From Meyerozyma guilliermondii (taxonomy: Eukaryota), in the NCBI GenBank assembly GCA_051546255.1, contig CP128819.1:620001-684000 (forward strand): 64,000 nucleotides of DNA. Direction: 5' to 3'. The translations under genes and the position numbers were made by a program. Each line of letters opens with the position of its first letter. Position 1 is the first letter of the stretch. Positions 43,501-53,395 of the stretch are shown here, piece after piece. Under the pieces are notes generated by a model that saw only the letters and a list, made by a program, of their open reading frames with translations, made no database searches and was not told the DNA's origin.

Positions 43501-45644
43501 GTAGACTGATGCCGCTGCCTGCTATCAAAAACTTACGGGACTCTATGGCTCCGCAATTTTTGAACGATATCAACAACAAAATTGCAAAGGTTGCTCCTAT
43601 TGGAGATAAGCCAGATACCGAAGTCAAAGGAGGAATACCCTCTTCAGATCAAAGCGAGAAACCTTCAGAAAGTACCACCAACGGAACAAAAGGACTTCCT
43701 CCCGCTCCACCACCCCCACCACCTCCACCACCTTTACCACCACTGCTTGGAGGTACGGTACCGAAAGCTGCTGGTGGTCCACCACCGCCCCCTCCTCCCC
43801 CTCCTCCACCACCTCCTCCACCATTCTTGGGAGGTTCCGCTTCTGCACCACCACCTCCTCCGCCACCTCCACCATTGCCAGTTCCGTCTTCTAGAGCACA
43901 CAAGATGGATAAGGAACCAACACCTAAAGCAGATCCATTTGCCGCATTTCCACGTCCTAAGAAGAAGTTGAAGCAATTGCACTGGGAGAAATTTGAGAAT
44001 GAAACTGGAAACTCGTTCTGGAAAGATTCACAGAGTAATGCTTTGGCATCCGAATTAATGAAGAAGGGTGTTTTCGACGAGATCGAGCTGATATTTGCAG
44101 CCAAAGAGATCAAGAAGCTTGCGACCAAAAAGAAGGAGGATGTCGACAAATTGACATTCTTGGCAAGAGACGTCTCTCAGCAGTTTGGAATCAACTTGCA
44201 TTCATTCAACAGCTTGTCAGAAGAGGAGCTTGTAGCCAAAGTACTTCGTTGTGACAAAGACATCACAAACAATCCAGCCGTTTTGGAATTTTTTGGCAAA
44301 GATGAAATCGTCGAAATATCGAATAGTCTTGCAAGGAATCTTGAGCCTTACTCAACAGATTATAAGAGTGATGAAGTTTCGAAACCCGAGAAAGATCCTA
44401 ATGAATTACAGCGTCCAGACAGGATATATCTCGAGTTGATTTACAACTTGCAACACTATTGGAAGTCAAGAAATAGAGCGCTTCAAATGGCTGCTTCTTA
44501 CGAAAAGGATTATGAAGACTTAACATCGAAGTTGCGTGCAATTGACGAAGCAGTCGATGTTCTCAAGAATTCCGAAAAGTTGAAAAAGGTGTTCGAGATC
44601 ATTTTAACAGTTGGTAACTACATGAATGACAGTACCAAGCAAGCGCAAGGATTTAAGCTAAGCTCTTTGCAAAGACTCAGTTTCATCAAGGATGACAAGA
44701 ACAGCATGTCATTTCTCCATTATGTGGAGAAGATTGTGCGAACGCAGTATCCAGAGTTATTGGGTTTCGTGGAAGAGTTGAACAAATGCGTTCAAATTTC
44801 AAAATACTCTATTGAGTCGATTTCTACAGAGTGCAAGGATTATGCCCAATCGATCAAGAACGTACAAAGTTCGCTTGACATTGGTAACTTGAGCGATGTA
44901 TCAAAGTTCCATCCACACGACCGCATATTGAAAGTCATCCTTCCAACTATGCCAAAGGCAAAGCGTAAGGCGGAGCTTCTACTCGATCAATCTAAATGCA
45001 CGTTTGGTGAGTTTGATCGCTTAATGAGATATTTCGGTGAAGATCCTTCGGACACATTTGTCAGAAATTCATTTATTACCAAGTTTTCCAACTTTACCAC
45101 CGACTTTAAGCGTGCAAATCGTGAAAACATCAAGCGAGAAGAGGAATTGAGACTTTATGAACAACGAAAGAATTTGGTAGATACTCCTCGGAAAACGAGT
45201 TCTTCTGATAAGCTACGAGAATCTGCAAAAGAGGAAGGTGAAGAATCGAATGTCATGGATTCACTTTTGGAGAAGTTGAAAGCGGCCGGACCAGCGAGAA
45301 GCGAGCCTACCTCGGCTAGAAAGAGAGCAATGATGAGGAGACGGCTCCTTGAGAATAACCATAGTGGTAGCACTCTCACAGAAAGTGACTTGGATCATCA
45401 AGAAACGGCGACAGAAGCACTGTCACCGCTGAAGGGAACTGAGGACAAAGACTTGAGGGATGCCGAGGAAGAGTCAACAGATGTCGGATCGCGGGCACGC
45501 AGTTTGCTTCAAGAGCTCAGAAAAGCGAACACAGGTGACGCCAGTGACGATTTTGGCCGATCTTCTTTACGTAAACTGAGAATTGAGAGACGTCAAACGC
45601 AACCGCAAACGAAGGACGAAGAAGCAAATGATAACGTTGAATAA
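40509..45644 (+). CDS. BNI1: Formin
   Basis: GBD/FH3 (LRTEPIDWV), polyproline FH1 (~43700-43875), FH2 (KKLKQLHWEK, GNYMND, GFKLSSL), DAD motif MDSLLEKL. Confidence 0.96.
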   Translation: MLRRKSKDTNLNPQIDAELQASRAYQDQNGGETGSSHSNNHRMSLTSIFSLRKNKEKPALGNESTSDLSLDSASVMSGGTSTSNGTGSRLNPLSRSHTGRSAVSITPSMAPSNGPHNRQPSSYSISTVSNPYDMKTSARNGALSRKSTTSSIISKPSISLTNAHETTNAGGFTLERPSLVYEIDRMFRELMEKRDFKSLPPQAKQEMLHYNPDKKWMLIYQDALTEYKRHERVVLNKEENATPEFYTKKLLAKTITADQLKNLWVSLRTEPIDWVRNFIYDCQGDAILSAYLLKVQESINLHELNDINDELFDKEFNTLKALKCMMNQKLGAERVRTDVNLYVNAVAGLLLSPRILTRKIAAESLTFMIAYYSRSEGGSDNQGKYHKILKALDSISNKPHFEFDTNVSGSPVRKQLVRKPPAPDTYKRFELWLRLVEKTIDGKGKYLNSLVGASEEIKSNAGHGNNLENNLLEYCLGTMLLINTIVDYGFDYRVRIHLRAQFGAAGIERLMSKFQDMGYDSLNQQCMRYIESSENDTMEFKNTENLDMNIDFNDPVDLVKSVWDRVKDSEAQGFFLSAMQHIYLNQAERKESPEDMIRSLRLLDGLIQNVTMVHTTNDDSAMGIAINRLFAGMSTDDMYRRALQEVKSYKRLAEEATAERDEISRQLSMGADGLISSLTNEVKEQETVLTRTRRLNEELNEELEELKRKHLIEKQQQELEMRELLIALNNSQIQSKRSGGKTTVLIQTSNEELIKKLQKQVHKRKNEYKMENRQLGTQVEPSSRLRALRDQMGDIENMARELEMTDFETYVDQEASQTSTTEPEPKPEPQTQEETTPEPEPVAEIMEPIPMSPARPAREDDLGKLDSLRRKLASLQSESNDIMKFNNSKLFNKQKMLAMERLRELENNFKDFNIDFSMDDLEGFDFDSMPDYVDPNIKDKIREELEEVEALRAQLKNRLAEINSKGSTATSNDSIERIEDRYSRGKVVQGNADAQSSSRLMPLPAIKNLRDSMAPQFLNDINNKIAKVAPIGDKPDTEVKGGIPSSDQSEKPSESTTNGTKGLPPAPPPPPPPPPLPPLLGGTVPKAAGGPPPPPPPPPPPPPPPFLGGSASAPPPPPPPPPLPVPSSRAHKMDKEPTPKADPFAAFPRPKKKLKQLHWEKFENETGNSFWKDSQSNALASELMKKGVFDEIELIFAAKEIKKLATKKKEDVDKLTFLARDVSQQFGINLHSFNSLSEEELVAKVLRCDKDITNNPAVLEFFGKDEIVEISNSLARNLEPYSTDYKSDEVSKPEKDPNELQRPDRIYLELIYNLQHYWKSRNRALQMAASYEKDYEDLTSKLRAIDEAVDVLKNSEKLKKVFEIILTVGNYMNDSTKQAQGFKLSSLQRLSFIKDDKNSMSFLHYVEKIVRTQYPELLGFVEELNKCVQISKYSIESISTECKDYAQSIKNVQSSLDIGNLSDVSKFHPHDRILKVILPTMPKAKRKAELLLDQSKCTFGEFDRLMRYFGEDPSDTFVRNSFITKFSNFTTDFKRANRENIKREEELRLYEQRKNLVDTPRKTSSSDKLRESAKEEGEESNVMDSLLEKLKAAGPARSEPTSARKRAMMRRRLLENNHSGSTLTESDLDHQETATEALSPLKGTEDKDLRDAEEESTDVGSRARSLLQELRKANTGDASDDFGRSSLRKLRIERRQTQPQTKDEEANDNVE

Positions 45645-45706
45645 TCGCGACGAAACAAAGTAGATATGGGTGTATATATTAATGTGAGTGGCTACGATTC
45701 CTGAAC

Positions 45707-48700
45707 TCAAAGTCCTATAGATTTATGAATAACCTTGGAAATTTCTTCGATGTCGTAGTCGATTACTGCGTTGCAATTATTTGGCGAAAGACCAAAGTAA
45801 GGAGCGTTGATGGAACGCAAGCATTTCCCCGTCAACTTGCCTTCAAAAGGTCTTCCCAAGCGCCTCAAGAGCGACTCGGTCGACGTCGGACTTCCTGTCA
45901 CTTTGGAATACGCTTCTGCCTCGCTACTATCGGCGGAGATGGCTCTCAAAGCAACAATCTCTCCACTCACAGAAACACCAATTACAGCTGAGATATCCGT
46001 TTCTTCATTCCAAAAATACCGAAAGTCAGCTTGGTAAACTCTCATGATTCCGGGCATTCGGAGCGAGAGGTTGTTCTGAAAGGAGTCGTTCAGTTTTTGC
46101 ATCACAAGTACAGACGAGCGTATTTTATCGCCTGCAACAACATATCTAGAAAGTGGTGCTTGATTCACTAAGGCCTTTGGGATAGGGTCCTTCGAAACTC
46201 TCTCCTGAAAGTCTAGAGTAGCTATGTCAGCTTCAAAAGAAATATCCTTGAACGAAAATATCAGATCTTCCTTGGTTGTGACATTGATGGTGTTTTCAGA
46301 GATATTAAGCGCCACAATGTCACTAGGAAAAGACATCAAGCTTCGCAAGGCTTCTAGCTTTCGATCATCGGGCAGGTATGAGGTGAAATAGATGGTTCTA
46401 CCGGAGCAGCATAAGATCCATTTGCCAAGTTGTTCTATGCAGCGAATAGGTCCACCTAGATCAAATGAGGCCAATTCAGTTACTCGCACATAGATGTCTT
46501 CATCGGCGTTGTCTCTTGTTTTGTTGATGTCTAGCACCTTGAAAGAACCTGAAACATCGCCAACGGTGCAACCAACAAGTATCTTTTTCGAGACCCGGTC
46601 TGGTCGCTTAATGGACCAGATAGCTGCACATACTGGAATCTCATCTTTACTAAAGATGGTTTCTGATTCTGTAAGAAGTTTTCCTTTAGAACTGAACTCA
46701 CGGATATCTAAAAGTTTGAATAGCCTCTTTTCGAAGAATTTGAGTCTGGTTTTTGGATTTTTAGAGTTGCAGAGAACCAAAAAGGTATTGTGATGGGGGA
46801 TAAAAAGCATTTTTTTAGCAGATTCCCCAAGATTGGCCAGTTTGACATTTGGCAACAAAGTGGTAGAGATGGTACCCTCAAACGCTCCATCCTCCCGTAT
46901 AACGCGGACCTTAATTATATTCGACAGTGACTTCTCAGGGACCTGTACCAAATCTAGGGTCGCCTTGTCTGTTTTTTCGTCGAAAAATACTCGTCGTGGT
47001 GATGGTGAATCATAATAGTTGAGAAGCCAGACGGTTCTGGATAAAATGAAGAGCAAATTCTCATCCTTGTAAACAGTACGAAACATAACTGGAGTGTTTC
47101 CGACTTTCGTTGACCTGCAATATTTGAGCAAAGAGAGGGAGTCGGCTGCAAAATGTAGACAGTAGCCCTCTTTTGTTCCTATTATTAGCTCGCCTTTGAA
47201 CATTACTGCATCATGCGGAATGAAGCCCTCGATATGATCGTCAAGAGTTGCCTCAGGCAAAGTTTTCAAGTCTATGACTTTGGGAATTTCCTCTAGTTTC
47301 TTCACATCGTAGATGTACAAATTTCCATCGTAATCGCCCACAGCTATTTTGAGCCTATTTTTGATGAGCAACACCTTGACTAATGATGGCTCAAAGTCTA
47401 TCTTCACGGCGTCTCCTTTTTTTATGAGGTCAAGAACCTTGGGAATTAAATTATCAGGGTCATATTCCAGCATATGATAGATCTGTAGTTCGAACTTGTT
47501 TGAAGAATCTTGTAAAAGTAAAGCCAAGCAATCTTGAAACTTATCGCATAGCATGATCGTCAGATCTAGCTTCAACGTGTCAAAGATCCCTGATTCAAGA
47601 AGAACGATGGAGTTAGGCGTTATCTGAAACCAGAGATTGTCGTCGTCGCCATAATGAAAGAGAAGAAGAGTCGGGACATCGTGAGCTATCATCCAATTGA
47701 AAGGCTCCTTTACGGGGAGTTTGCTTCTCGGAAGTTCAGTTTGAAAATACTGGGTTTCGTTTGGATAGCTGCATAAAACCTCTTCGCCTTGGAATCCACT
47801 ATGGAAAAGACGAGCATTGCGAAATGGTTCCGCAGCTTTCACGGTACGTTTAGCACTGTAGCCTTGTCGAAGTTGTGTTATCCTTGTTCTTTTGCCAGTT
47901 CCCGTCAACGCCCAAAATTCCTGAGATGAATGCAGGGATACATTTTTCTGTTTCTGGGTATCTATTATCAGAACGTCGATAATGGGACTCCAGTTTCTGT
48001 AATCTCGCTCAACTCGATACAGGCTTAAGGGCAACTTTCCTCCCTCGTTTGCCTTTTTTATTTGGGAGTCGTTGAATAGATTAGGAATGAAAACCTCTCT
48101 GTTGGATCCGGTATCGCTGCCGTATCTCAACATATAACCATCATTATCTTTTTCGAATGTAAAAACCGAAATGGGATCTGAAATCTTAACTAGGGGAACA
48201 ATTTTGATATCGAAAATGGATGAAATTGTGATCCAATATATTGTTCCGTCGTCAGTAGAGATAAAAATTGTTTCACCGGTTGAGTCATCCTCAAGGGGTA
48301 ACTCTGGCTTGTAGAATGCTGTTGGAAAAGCGGTATCAAATTTCACCCTTCGAAATTTGTAGTCTGCAGATACTATGGTATGAGGTGTGACGATAACCAA
48401 TTCACCGTGATAGACAAAGAGAAACGCCTCTTGCGTGCGAAGTGGAATAACATGGACTGGGATATCAAAGCTGTTTTGTAAAGGCAATACCGATTTGTTT
48501 AATGATTCGGTGGCTGGATCACCAACCGACCATGAATACAAGTACAAGTAAAGACGACGGTGCTCTGTGTAGACTAGCAAGAGGAACATCACATGGTCAG
48601 TGGCAGCCGAAGGTTTTGGAGGTTGAGATAGACATGCATGTAACACTATTCCTTCTATGGGCACGTTGCGTTGTGGTAGGAATTGTATTCCACTTGTGGT

Positions 48701-49543
48701 ATGTTGAATGTTGTAGATTCGAAAGATCCCGTCAGCTGAAGTTGAGACGGCAGTCAAACCCGATTCATGAGCACAGACTATGTGGCCGGAAGACTCCAAA
48801 GTTAGCAGTGAGCTTTTGGGGGAAGTATCCCACCACTGTACTATAAATGGTTTGAAAACCAACATTTCTTTGCGTGACAGGGACACTTCAGTGCCGTATT
48901 TTTCGTATTCTGAATCTGTAAGAGACCTAGGAACAAGGAAAAACTTCACGAGTAACAAGAACCCGGAAGAAAGCGATACCAACAACGAATCCTCTTCCCT
49001 GGAGCAAGAATCGCTGATACCTGGTACCTTACAACATGCTCTTATCGGAGCACTTAGCGAGTACTGTATGTCATTTACCAGTATCGATGTGAGTCGAACG
49101 ATGACTTTCACGGCCTCTAGTACGATTCCTTCTGGCTTCTCTTCCTCGCTGTAGTATGATTCATTGTCGGAATAAGGGTAATATTTGGTTTTTTTGGTTT
49201 TGTTTTCAGGTTCATCTGTCACTCCACTTATATCTGCGATAATGCTATTGTCGTCGTCGCTGAAAACATCCATTTGCGAGTCCTCCTCCGGCATTCCCAT
49301 ATACTGGTCGTCCTCATCGTTGATCGACGAGCTTATAAGTCCCTGGAAACGTTTGTTGGTGTTGACTACAAAATGATCATAAATGTGGGTAATTATGGGA
49401 GATTGGAGTTGGGTTTCCTTGGTCAATACTATCTTGTCGTGAGCCTTGGGATCTTCTGAGTACGCGTCAATGTGGAGGATTGAATAATCTGGTTTGGTTT
49501 CCGGTGAAAACCCCATTGGAGGCGTGTCAACGTCGATATCCAT
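45707..49543 (-). CDS. MMS1: DDB1-like E3 ligase adaptor Mms1
   Basis: 1278 aa, beta-propeller-like; LLVSLSSG.LLL, PFIVQWW, NWSPIIDV motifs recalled from the MMS1_N family. Confidence 0.75.
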   Translation of the reverse strand: MDIDVDTPPMGFSPETKPDYSILHIDAYSEDPKAHDKIVLTKETQLQSPIITHIYDHFVVNTNKRFQGLISSSINDEDDQYMGMPEEDSQMDVFSDDDNSIIADISGVTDEPENKTKKTKYYPYSDNESYYSEEEKPEGIVLEAVKVIVRLTSILVNDIQYSLSAPIRACCKVPGISDSCSREEDSLLVSLSSGFLLLVKFFLVPRSLTDSEYEKYGTEVSLSRKEMLVFKPFIVQWWDTSPKSSLLTLESSGHIVCAHESGLTAVSTSADGIFRIYNIQHTTSGIQFLPQRNVPIEGIVLHACLSQPPKPSAATDHVMFLLLVYTEHRRLYLYLYSWSVGDPATESLNKSVLPLQNSFDIPVHVIPLRTQEAFLFVYHGELVIVTPHTIVSADYKFRRVKFDTAFPTAFYKPELPLEDDSTGETIFISTDDGTIYWITISSIFDIKIVPLVKISDPISVFTFEKDNDGYMLRYGSDTGSNREVFIPNLFNDSQIKKANEGGKLPLSLYRVERDYRNWSPIIDVLIIDTQKQKNVSLHSSQEFWALTGTGKRTRITQLRQGYSAKRTVKAAEPFRNARLFHSGFQGEEVLCSYPNETQYFQTELPRSKLPVKEPFNWMIAHDVPTLLLFHYGDDDNLWFQITPNSIVLLESGIFDTLKLDLTIMLCDKFQDCLALLLQDSSNKFELQIYHMLEYDPDNLIPKVLDLIKKGDAVKIDFEPSLVKVLLIKNRLKIAVGDYDGNLYIYDVKKLEEIPKVIDLKTLPEATLDDHIEGFIPHDAVMFKGELIIGTKEGYCLHFAADSLSLLKYCRSTKVGNTPVMFRTVYKDENLLFILSRTVWLLNYYDSPSPRRVFFDEKTDKATLDLVQVPEKSLSNIIKVRVIREDGAFEGTISTTLLPNVKLANLGESAKKMLFIPHHNTFLVLCNSKNPKTRLKFFEKRLFKLLDIREFSSKGKLLTESETIFSKDEIPVCAAIWSIKRPDRVSKKILVGCTVGDVSGSFKVLDINKTRDNADEDIYVRVTELASFDLGGPIRCIEQLGKWILCCSGRTIYFTSYLPDDRKLEALRSLMSFPSDIVALNISENTINVTTKEDLIFSFKDISFEADIATLDFQERVSKDPIPKALVNQAPLSRYVVAGDKIRSSVLVMQKLNDSFQNNLSLRMPGIMRVYQADFRYFWNEETDISAVIGVSVSGEIVALRAISADSSEAEAYSKVTGSPTSTESLLRRLGRPFEGKLTGKCLRSINAPYFGLSPNNCNAVIDYDIEEISKVIHKSIGL

Positions 49544-49768
49544 TGGGCATAAAGTGAAACTGATTTCTGCGCGATCGCATTAACTGTGGTAGTGTAGAAA
49601 ACGGTTGCATGGCTGCAAAATGGATATGGTGAAAATTTAAAATAGAGGTCGTGGAATTGGTTTTTGTGTTCTGTTAATGCCTCTAACCCACTCAAAAATT
49701 CCTGGAAGGTTTGTATTTGTGTTCGGTGATGCAATGCTCAATTCTTCACAAACACATCTAAATCATCT

Positions 49769-51604
49769 ATGTCTTTGAAATCCTACAACGTTCATATAAT
49801 TTCTTTCATTCTTGCCATTTCGGGGTTGCTTATAGGCTTGGAAAGCTCCAGTCTAAATACTTTTGTCCATTCGACCGTTTTCAGTGACTACTATGGACCC
49901 ATTACCTCGTGGGAGAAAGGTTGGGTGGGTTCCAGTGGTTCGTTAGGAGCAATTTTAGGAGCATTGGCGTCAGGGCTTTTGGGAGACAAGACAGGTTTTT
50001 TGATTATGCTGCAATTGGCTGTTGTTTTCTCCACAGTAGGCACCCTTTTGGCTCTTTCCCTGCCTTCTGTGGGAATTTTATGTGCCGCTCGCATCATCAA
50101 AGGAATCACCTATGGCCTTCTCGCGACTTCAGTACCCACTTATATTGCTGATACCATCCCCAAATCCAGCCAGGGCTACTCGTTATCGATTTTTCACATC
50201 AGTTCCACCTTTGGGGCAATTTTGATGTATTATGGTGGTTATGGCTTACTAGTATGTCTCGGCTCCATGCTCTCTTTCAAGATTGCATGGGCTGCTGAAT
50301 TGATTCCAGCTGTGGCTTTATTCTGTCTTAATTTCGTCTTGCCTGAGTCCCCAAAGCATTTGGGTTTGCAAAAAAGATGGCATGAGGCCACAGTAACAAT
50401 CGACCGCATTCACCGCAAATTGAAAGGTACTTCTGTGGATAATGAGGAGTATGTGATTCTGCTTTATACCGCCGGAACTTCCATCAAAAGCTTACCCTTT
50501 GTGACCCTCTTCAGTAGAAGGCATTACAAACACACTGTGGTTGGAATTCTAGTTCAAATTTTGTTACAATGTTCCATGGTTGGAGTCCTTGGAACATACA
50601 TCGTTTATGTGTGTGAAGCTTCTTCTCTCGATGTCCTGATGAGAGGTATCCTTGGAGGTTCTCTGTACGTCTTTTGGGGGCTTTTCACATTCATGCCGCT
50701 TCTTCTCTTGGACAGAACCAGAAGAAAAGATGCCATGGTATTTGGCTACATTCTTCTCACATTGGCATACGCTGCGATCTTTGCAATAAACCATTGGGCG
50801 CTGGAAGTCACAGAGATTGCCAATATCTTCAATTGGAGCTTGCAAGGAATTCACGCTTCGACCGCGCTTGCACTTTTTGCTTTCATTCTCTCAGTCTATT
50901 CCGGGTGTCTTGTTTCTGTCAGTTGGTTATACACGAGCGAGATCTTTCCGGCTACCATGAGAGCCAAAGGGTATTCCATGGCGATGATAATTTCCAGTCT
51001 TGCTAGTGCCATCATAAACGTGATTTTTCCTACTTTAGTGGGACTAACACTGTACTGGTTATTCTTGGGTCTTGCAATTGTCTGTGCGATTTCTGTGGTT
51101 ATTTTGGCACAATTGCCGGAGACAAAGCAGCTCTCGAACAGCGATGTTGAACTTCTTTTTCAGAGTGCAATTCCAGATAGTGAGACCTTGGGGTATATTG
51201 AAAAGAAGCATATCCAATTGGCTGCGAAAACTTCGTTATCTGAATCCTCATCCAACAGGACAGATTTAGTTCCCAATGGAAATCAATTCATAACTCCAGT
51301 GCCCTCACAAGCACCAATTGTATTACCTGCTTCTGAAAGGATAATTTCAGGAGAAACTGGAGGTGAAACATCGTCGTTTTTATCAACGGATTGGATCCAA
51401 AGCCGTCATTTGAGCAGTACATCTGCCAACCAGCAAGCGATTTCAACCCTGCTGCTTAAAAGTAGATTCATTCCAGCCTCGTATACTGGGTACGAAGCTG
51501 ATTCTGCTGCAACAATTCTGCTCCACAGAGGAATACTTCCAACTACTGAACCAGTTGCTCCTAGACAGACCCGAACAAATCCATTCTCCAATGTAGTAGT
51601 TTAG
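49769..51604 (+). CDS. Divergent MFS sugar-porter-family transporter
   Basis: About 12 hydrophobic segments, PESPK, DRTRRK, WLYTSEIFP...RAKG, LPETK; long Ser-rich C-terminal tail. Confidence 0.88.
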   Translation: MSLKSYNVHIISFILAISGLLIGLESSSLNTFVHSTVFSDYYGPITSWEKGWVGSSGSLGAILGALASGLLGDKTGFLIMLQLAVVFSTVGTLLALSLPSVGILCAARIIKGITYGLLATSVPTYIADTIPKSSQGYSLSIFHISSTFGAILMYYGGYGLLVCLGSMLSFKIAWAAELIPAVALFCLNFVLPESPKHLGLQKRWHEATVTIDRIHRKLKGTSVDNEEYVILLYTAGTSIKSLPFVTLFSRRHYKHTVVGILVQILLQCSMVGVLGTYIVYVCEASSLDVLMRGILGGSLYVFWGLFTFMPLLLLDRTRRKDAMVFGYILLTLAYAAIFAINHWALEVTEIANIFNWSLQGIHASTALALFAFILSVYSGCLVSVSWLYTSEIFPATMRAKGYSMAMIISSLASAIINVIFPTLVGLTLYWLFLGLAIVCAISVVILAQLPETKQLSNSDVELLFQSAIPDSETLGYIEKKHIQLAAKTSLSESSSNRTDLVPNGNQFITPVPSQAPIVLPASERIISGETGGETSSFLSTDWIQSRHLSSTSANQQAISTLLLKSRFIPASYTGYEADSAATILLHRGILPTTEPVAPRQTRTNPFSNVVV

Positions 51605-51610
51605 ATCTGT

Positions 51611-51655
51611 GAGACTAGATACGAGACTAGATATGAGTCGATACTAGATACGAGC
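51611..51655. repeat. Short imperfect tandem repeat (GAGACTAGATAC-like) in the 3' region of the MFS gene
   Basis: gagactagatac gagactagatat gagtcgat actagatacgag. Confidence 0.6.
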
Positions 51656-51776
51656 TCAATTGAATTATATGAATGCTCACTGTAGTGTTGCTGCAAATGT
51701 CACTGTGCTGCTGTAGATTGGGTGCATTGATGCGAAAATGATAAAAGTTGGAGTTCAAGTTGAGAATCAAACAATA

Positions 51777-52751
51777 ATGTCAGGATATACCAAGATTGAT
51801 CAAGATGTATGTACCGCTTTTAAATCAGCTTTTGGACATGTAACGATACTAACCTTAGTCCTCACTTATAGACATTGATTCCGTACAGCCAGGTAAGTTT
51901 CTTTTGCCAGTATACCGTCCATCATTTGTAACCTAGTTTCTAACCCAGATTATATTGACTCGGCAGGTCCCAGTCAAAGCACCAGTGCTCCTCAGGAGCC
52001 TCAGGTCATCAAGCCTAAGCTTCCTGTAGATCCACAGAAAAGTCATATGTTTCAGTTGCACTTTTATCGTCGATTCTTTGACCTCGATACCGAGACTTTT
52101 TTCAGGAAAATTCAACAAGCATTAAATCCATTCAATGGGGCACAGGCGGTTGACGACGAGCTGGACGCCTCTGATTCAGAGTTATATGGGTTCATATGGA
52201 TCACAGGCACACTCATATTCTTAGTTTTTGTCAGTTCCACCGGATCTAACCTCTTGGCTGAATGGCTCCATCCAACCAAAAAGAGCCAAAAATATGAGTA
52301 CAGCTTCGATTTGCTCACGCTATCAATTTCCTTGTTCTACGGCTACAATGTGGTGGTTCCAGCGTTGTTCTGGGGCTTTACAACTTGGTTTCTCAAGTTT
52401 CCACAACCAACTTCGTTAATACGAGTCATCTCGATCTACGGCTATACCAATATTTTGTGGGTTCCTATCACCGTGCTCAACCTTCTAATCGTTCTCATTG
52501 TTAACAACAAGAAACACCATCTACTTTTGAACCTTCTCGAATGGCTCGTGGTGCTTTTTAGTGGTCTTGTGACTGGCCTCAGTAACATCACCAAGTTGAG
52601 ACCAATAGTGCAAAAAAATTGCCTCCTTCTCCACGAAGGTGACGCTGATGCTTCTACGAAACAGGCATGGGCAATAATTGCAGGATTGGCCGTGGCTCAC
52701 GCCGGATTTGTACTTTTGGTCAAAATCAGCTTCTTTGGTATAACTGCTTGA
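51777..52751 (+). CDS. YIP5: Yip1-domain protein, three exons: 51777-51806, 51859-51892, 51949-52751 (288 aa)
   Basis: Intron 1 GTATGT...TACTAAC.CTTAG and intron 2 GTAAGT...TTCTAAC.CCAG join in frame (MSGYTKIDQD-SSLIDIDSVQP-DYIDS...). Motifs FYRRFFDLDT, ELYGFIWIT, SIYGY.N. Confidence 0.88.
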
Positions 52752-52936
52752 ATATCATTATGAGTGCAATGGGTGCAATGGGTGCATTGATTTGTCGTGT
52801 CGAAACCGGTTGCACCTACACAGCAAATTTTTCGACTCTTCTTTCTTTGCACTAGTGCGTTTAGCCAACTTGTATTATGTGGTGAAAGTTGGAAGTATAG
52901 TTTGACAACTAGAGGTATGTGTTTCTCCGCTTCAGG

Positions 52937-53027
52937 ACTCTATGATTATTTGCTTTACCAATTGTTCCAACTGAATTTTCCGGGTTGACAACAGCATTAT
53001 CGTTAAGTTTCAGCCTTGTATGAGTGT
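52937..53027 (+). ncRNA. SNR41: Box C/D snoRNA snR41
   Basis: Box C ATGATTA 52942; guide CCAATTGTTCC before D' CTGA; guide TTAAGTTTCAGCCTTG complementary to 18S CAAGGCUGAAACUUAA before ATGA; flanking stem TTCAGGAC/GTCCTGAA. Confidence 0.92.
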
Positions 53028-53083
53028 CCTGAATTTTAAAATTTGAATTGTACTAACAGCAGGTATGTATTCATAGCAATTGT

Positions 53084-53228
53084 GGCAGATGAGGATACTT
53101 GTCGACCGGGCGGACATAATACTCCATTGGTCCCTCCTTTGTACAATATGGGGAGGAGTCGCAGCTCAGTGTACAAATTTTTGGGCTGTTGGTTGATGGG
53201 AGTTGATGAAAGGTCGTTTACTGATGTG
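53084..53228 (+). ncRNA. SNR70: Box C/D snoRNA snR70
   Basis: Box C-like ATGAGGA 53089; GTCGACCGGGCGGAC (CGGGCGG pairs with 18S CCGCCCG); TGTTGGTTGATGGG; box D CTGA 53221; middle position in the known snR41-70-51 cluster. Confidence 0.88.
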
Positions 53229-53305
53229 CATTGAAAACCTTTTTTTTTGTGAATTTTTTGCTAACTTTAGTGCTGGTTTTCAAGGTATACTCTCAACGTT
53301 CTGAG

Positions 53306-53395
53306 ATTCGATGATGATTTTTTATATTCACACTGTACGAGGGGGAGACTTCAATGACTACAAAAACAAAATACTGATTTAATGACTCTGAGGTG
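53306..53395 (+). ncRNA. SNR51: Box C/D snoRNA snR51
   Basis: Box C ATGATGA 53311; guide TATTCACACTGT (25S ACAGUGUGAAUA); guide ACTGATTTAATGA (18S UCAUUAAAUCAGU); box D CTGA 53388. Confidence 0.92.

Noticed and set aside
43582..44149. His-, Gly- and Trp/Arg-rich ORFs
   Set aside because: Alternative frames of the BNI1 polyproline FH1 tract.
52771..52790. Tandem GGGTGCA (Aft-like) motifs, also at 51720
   Set aside because: Short motif, no iron-related gene nearby, and the copies sit in a small local repeat.
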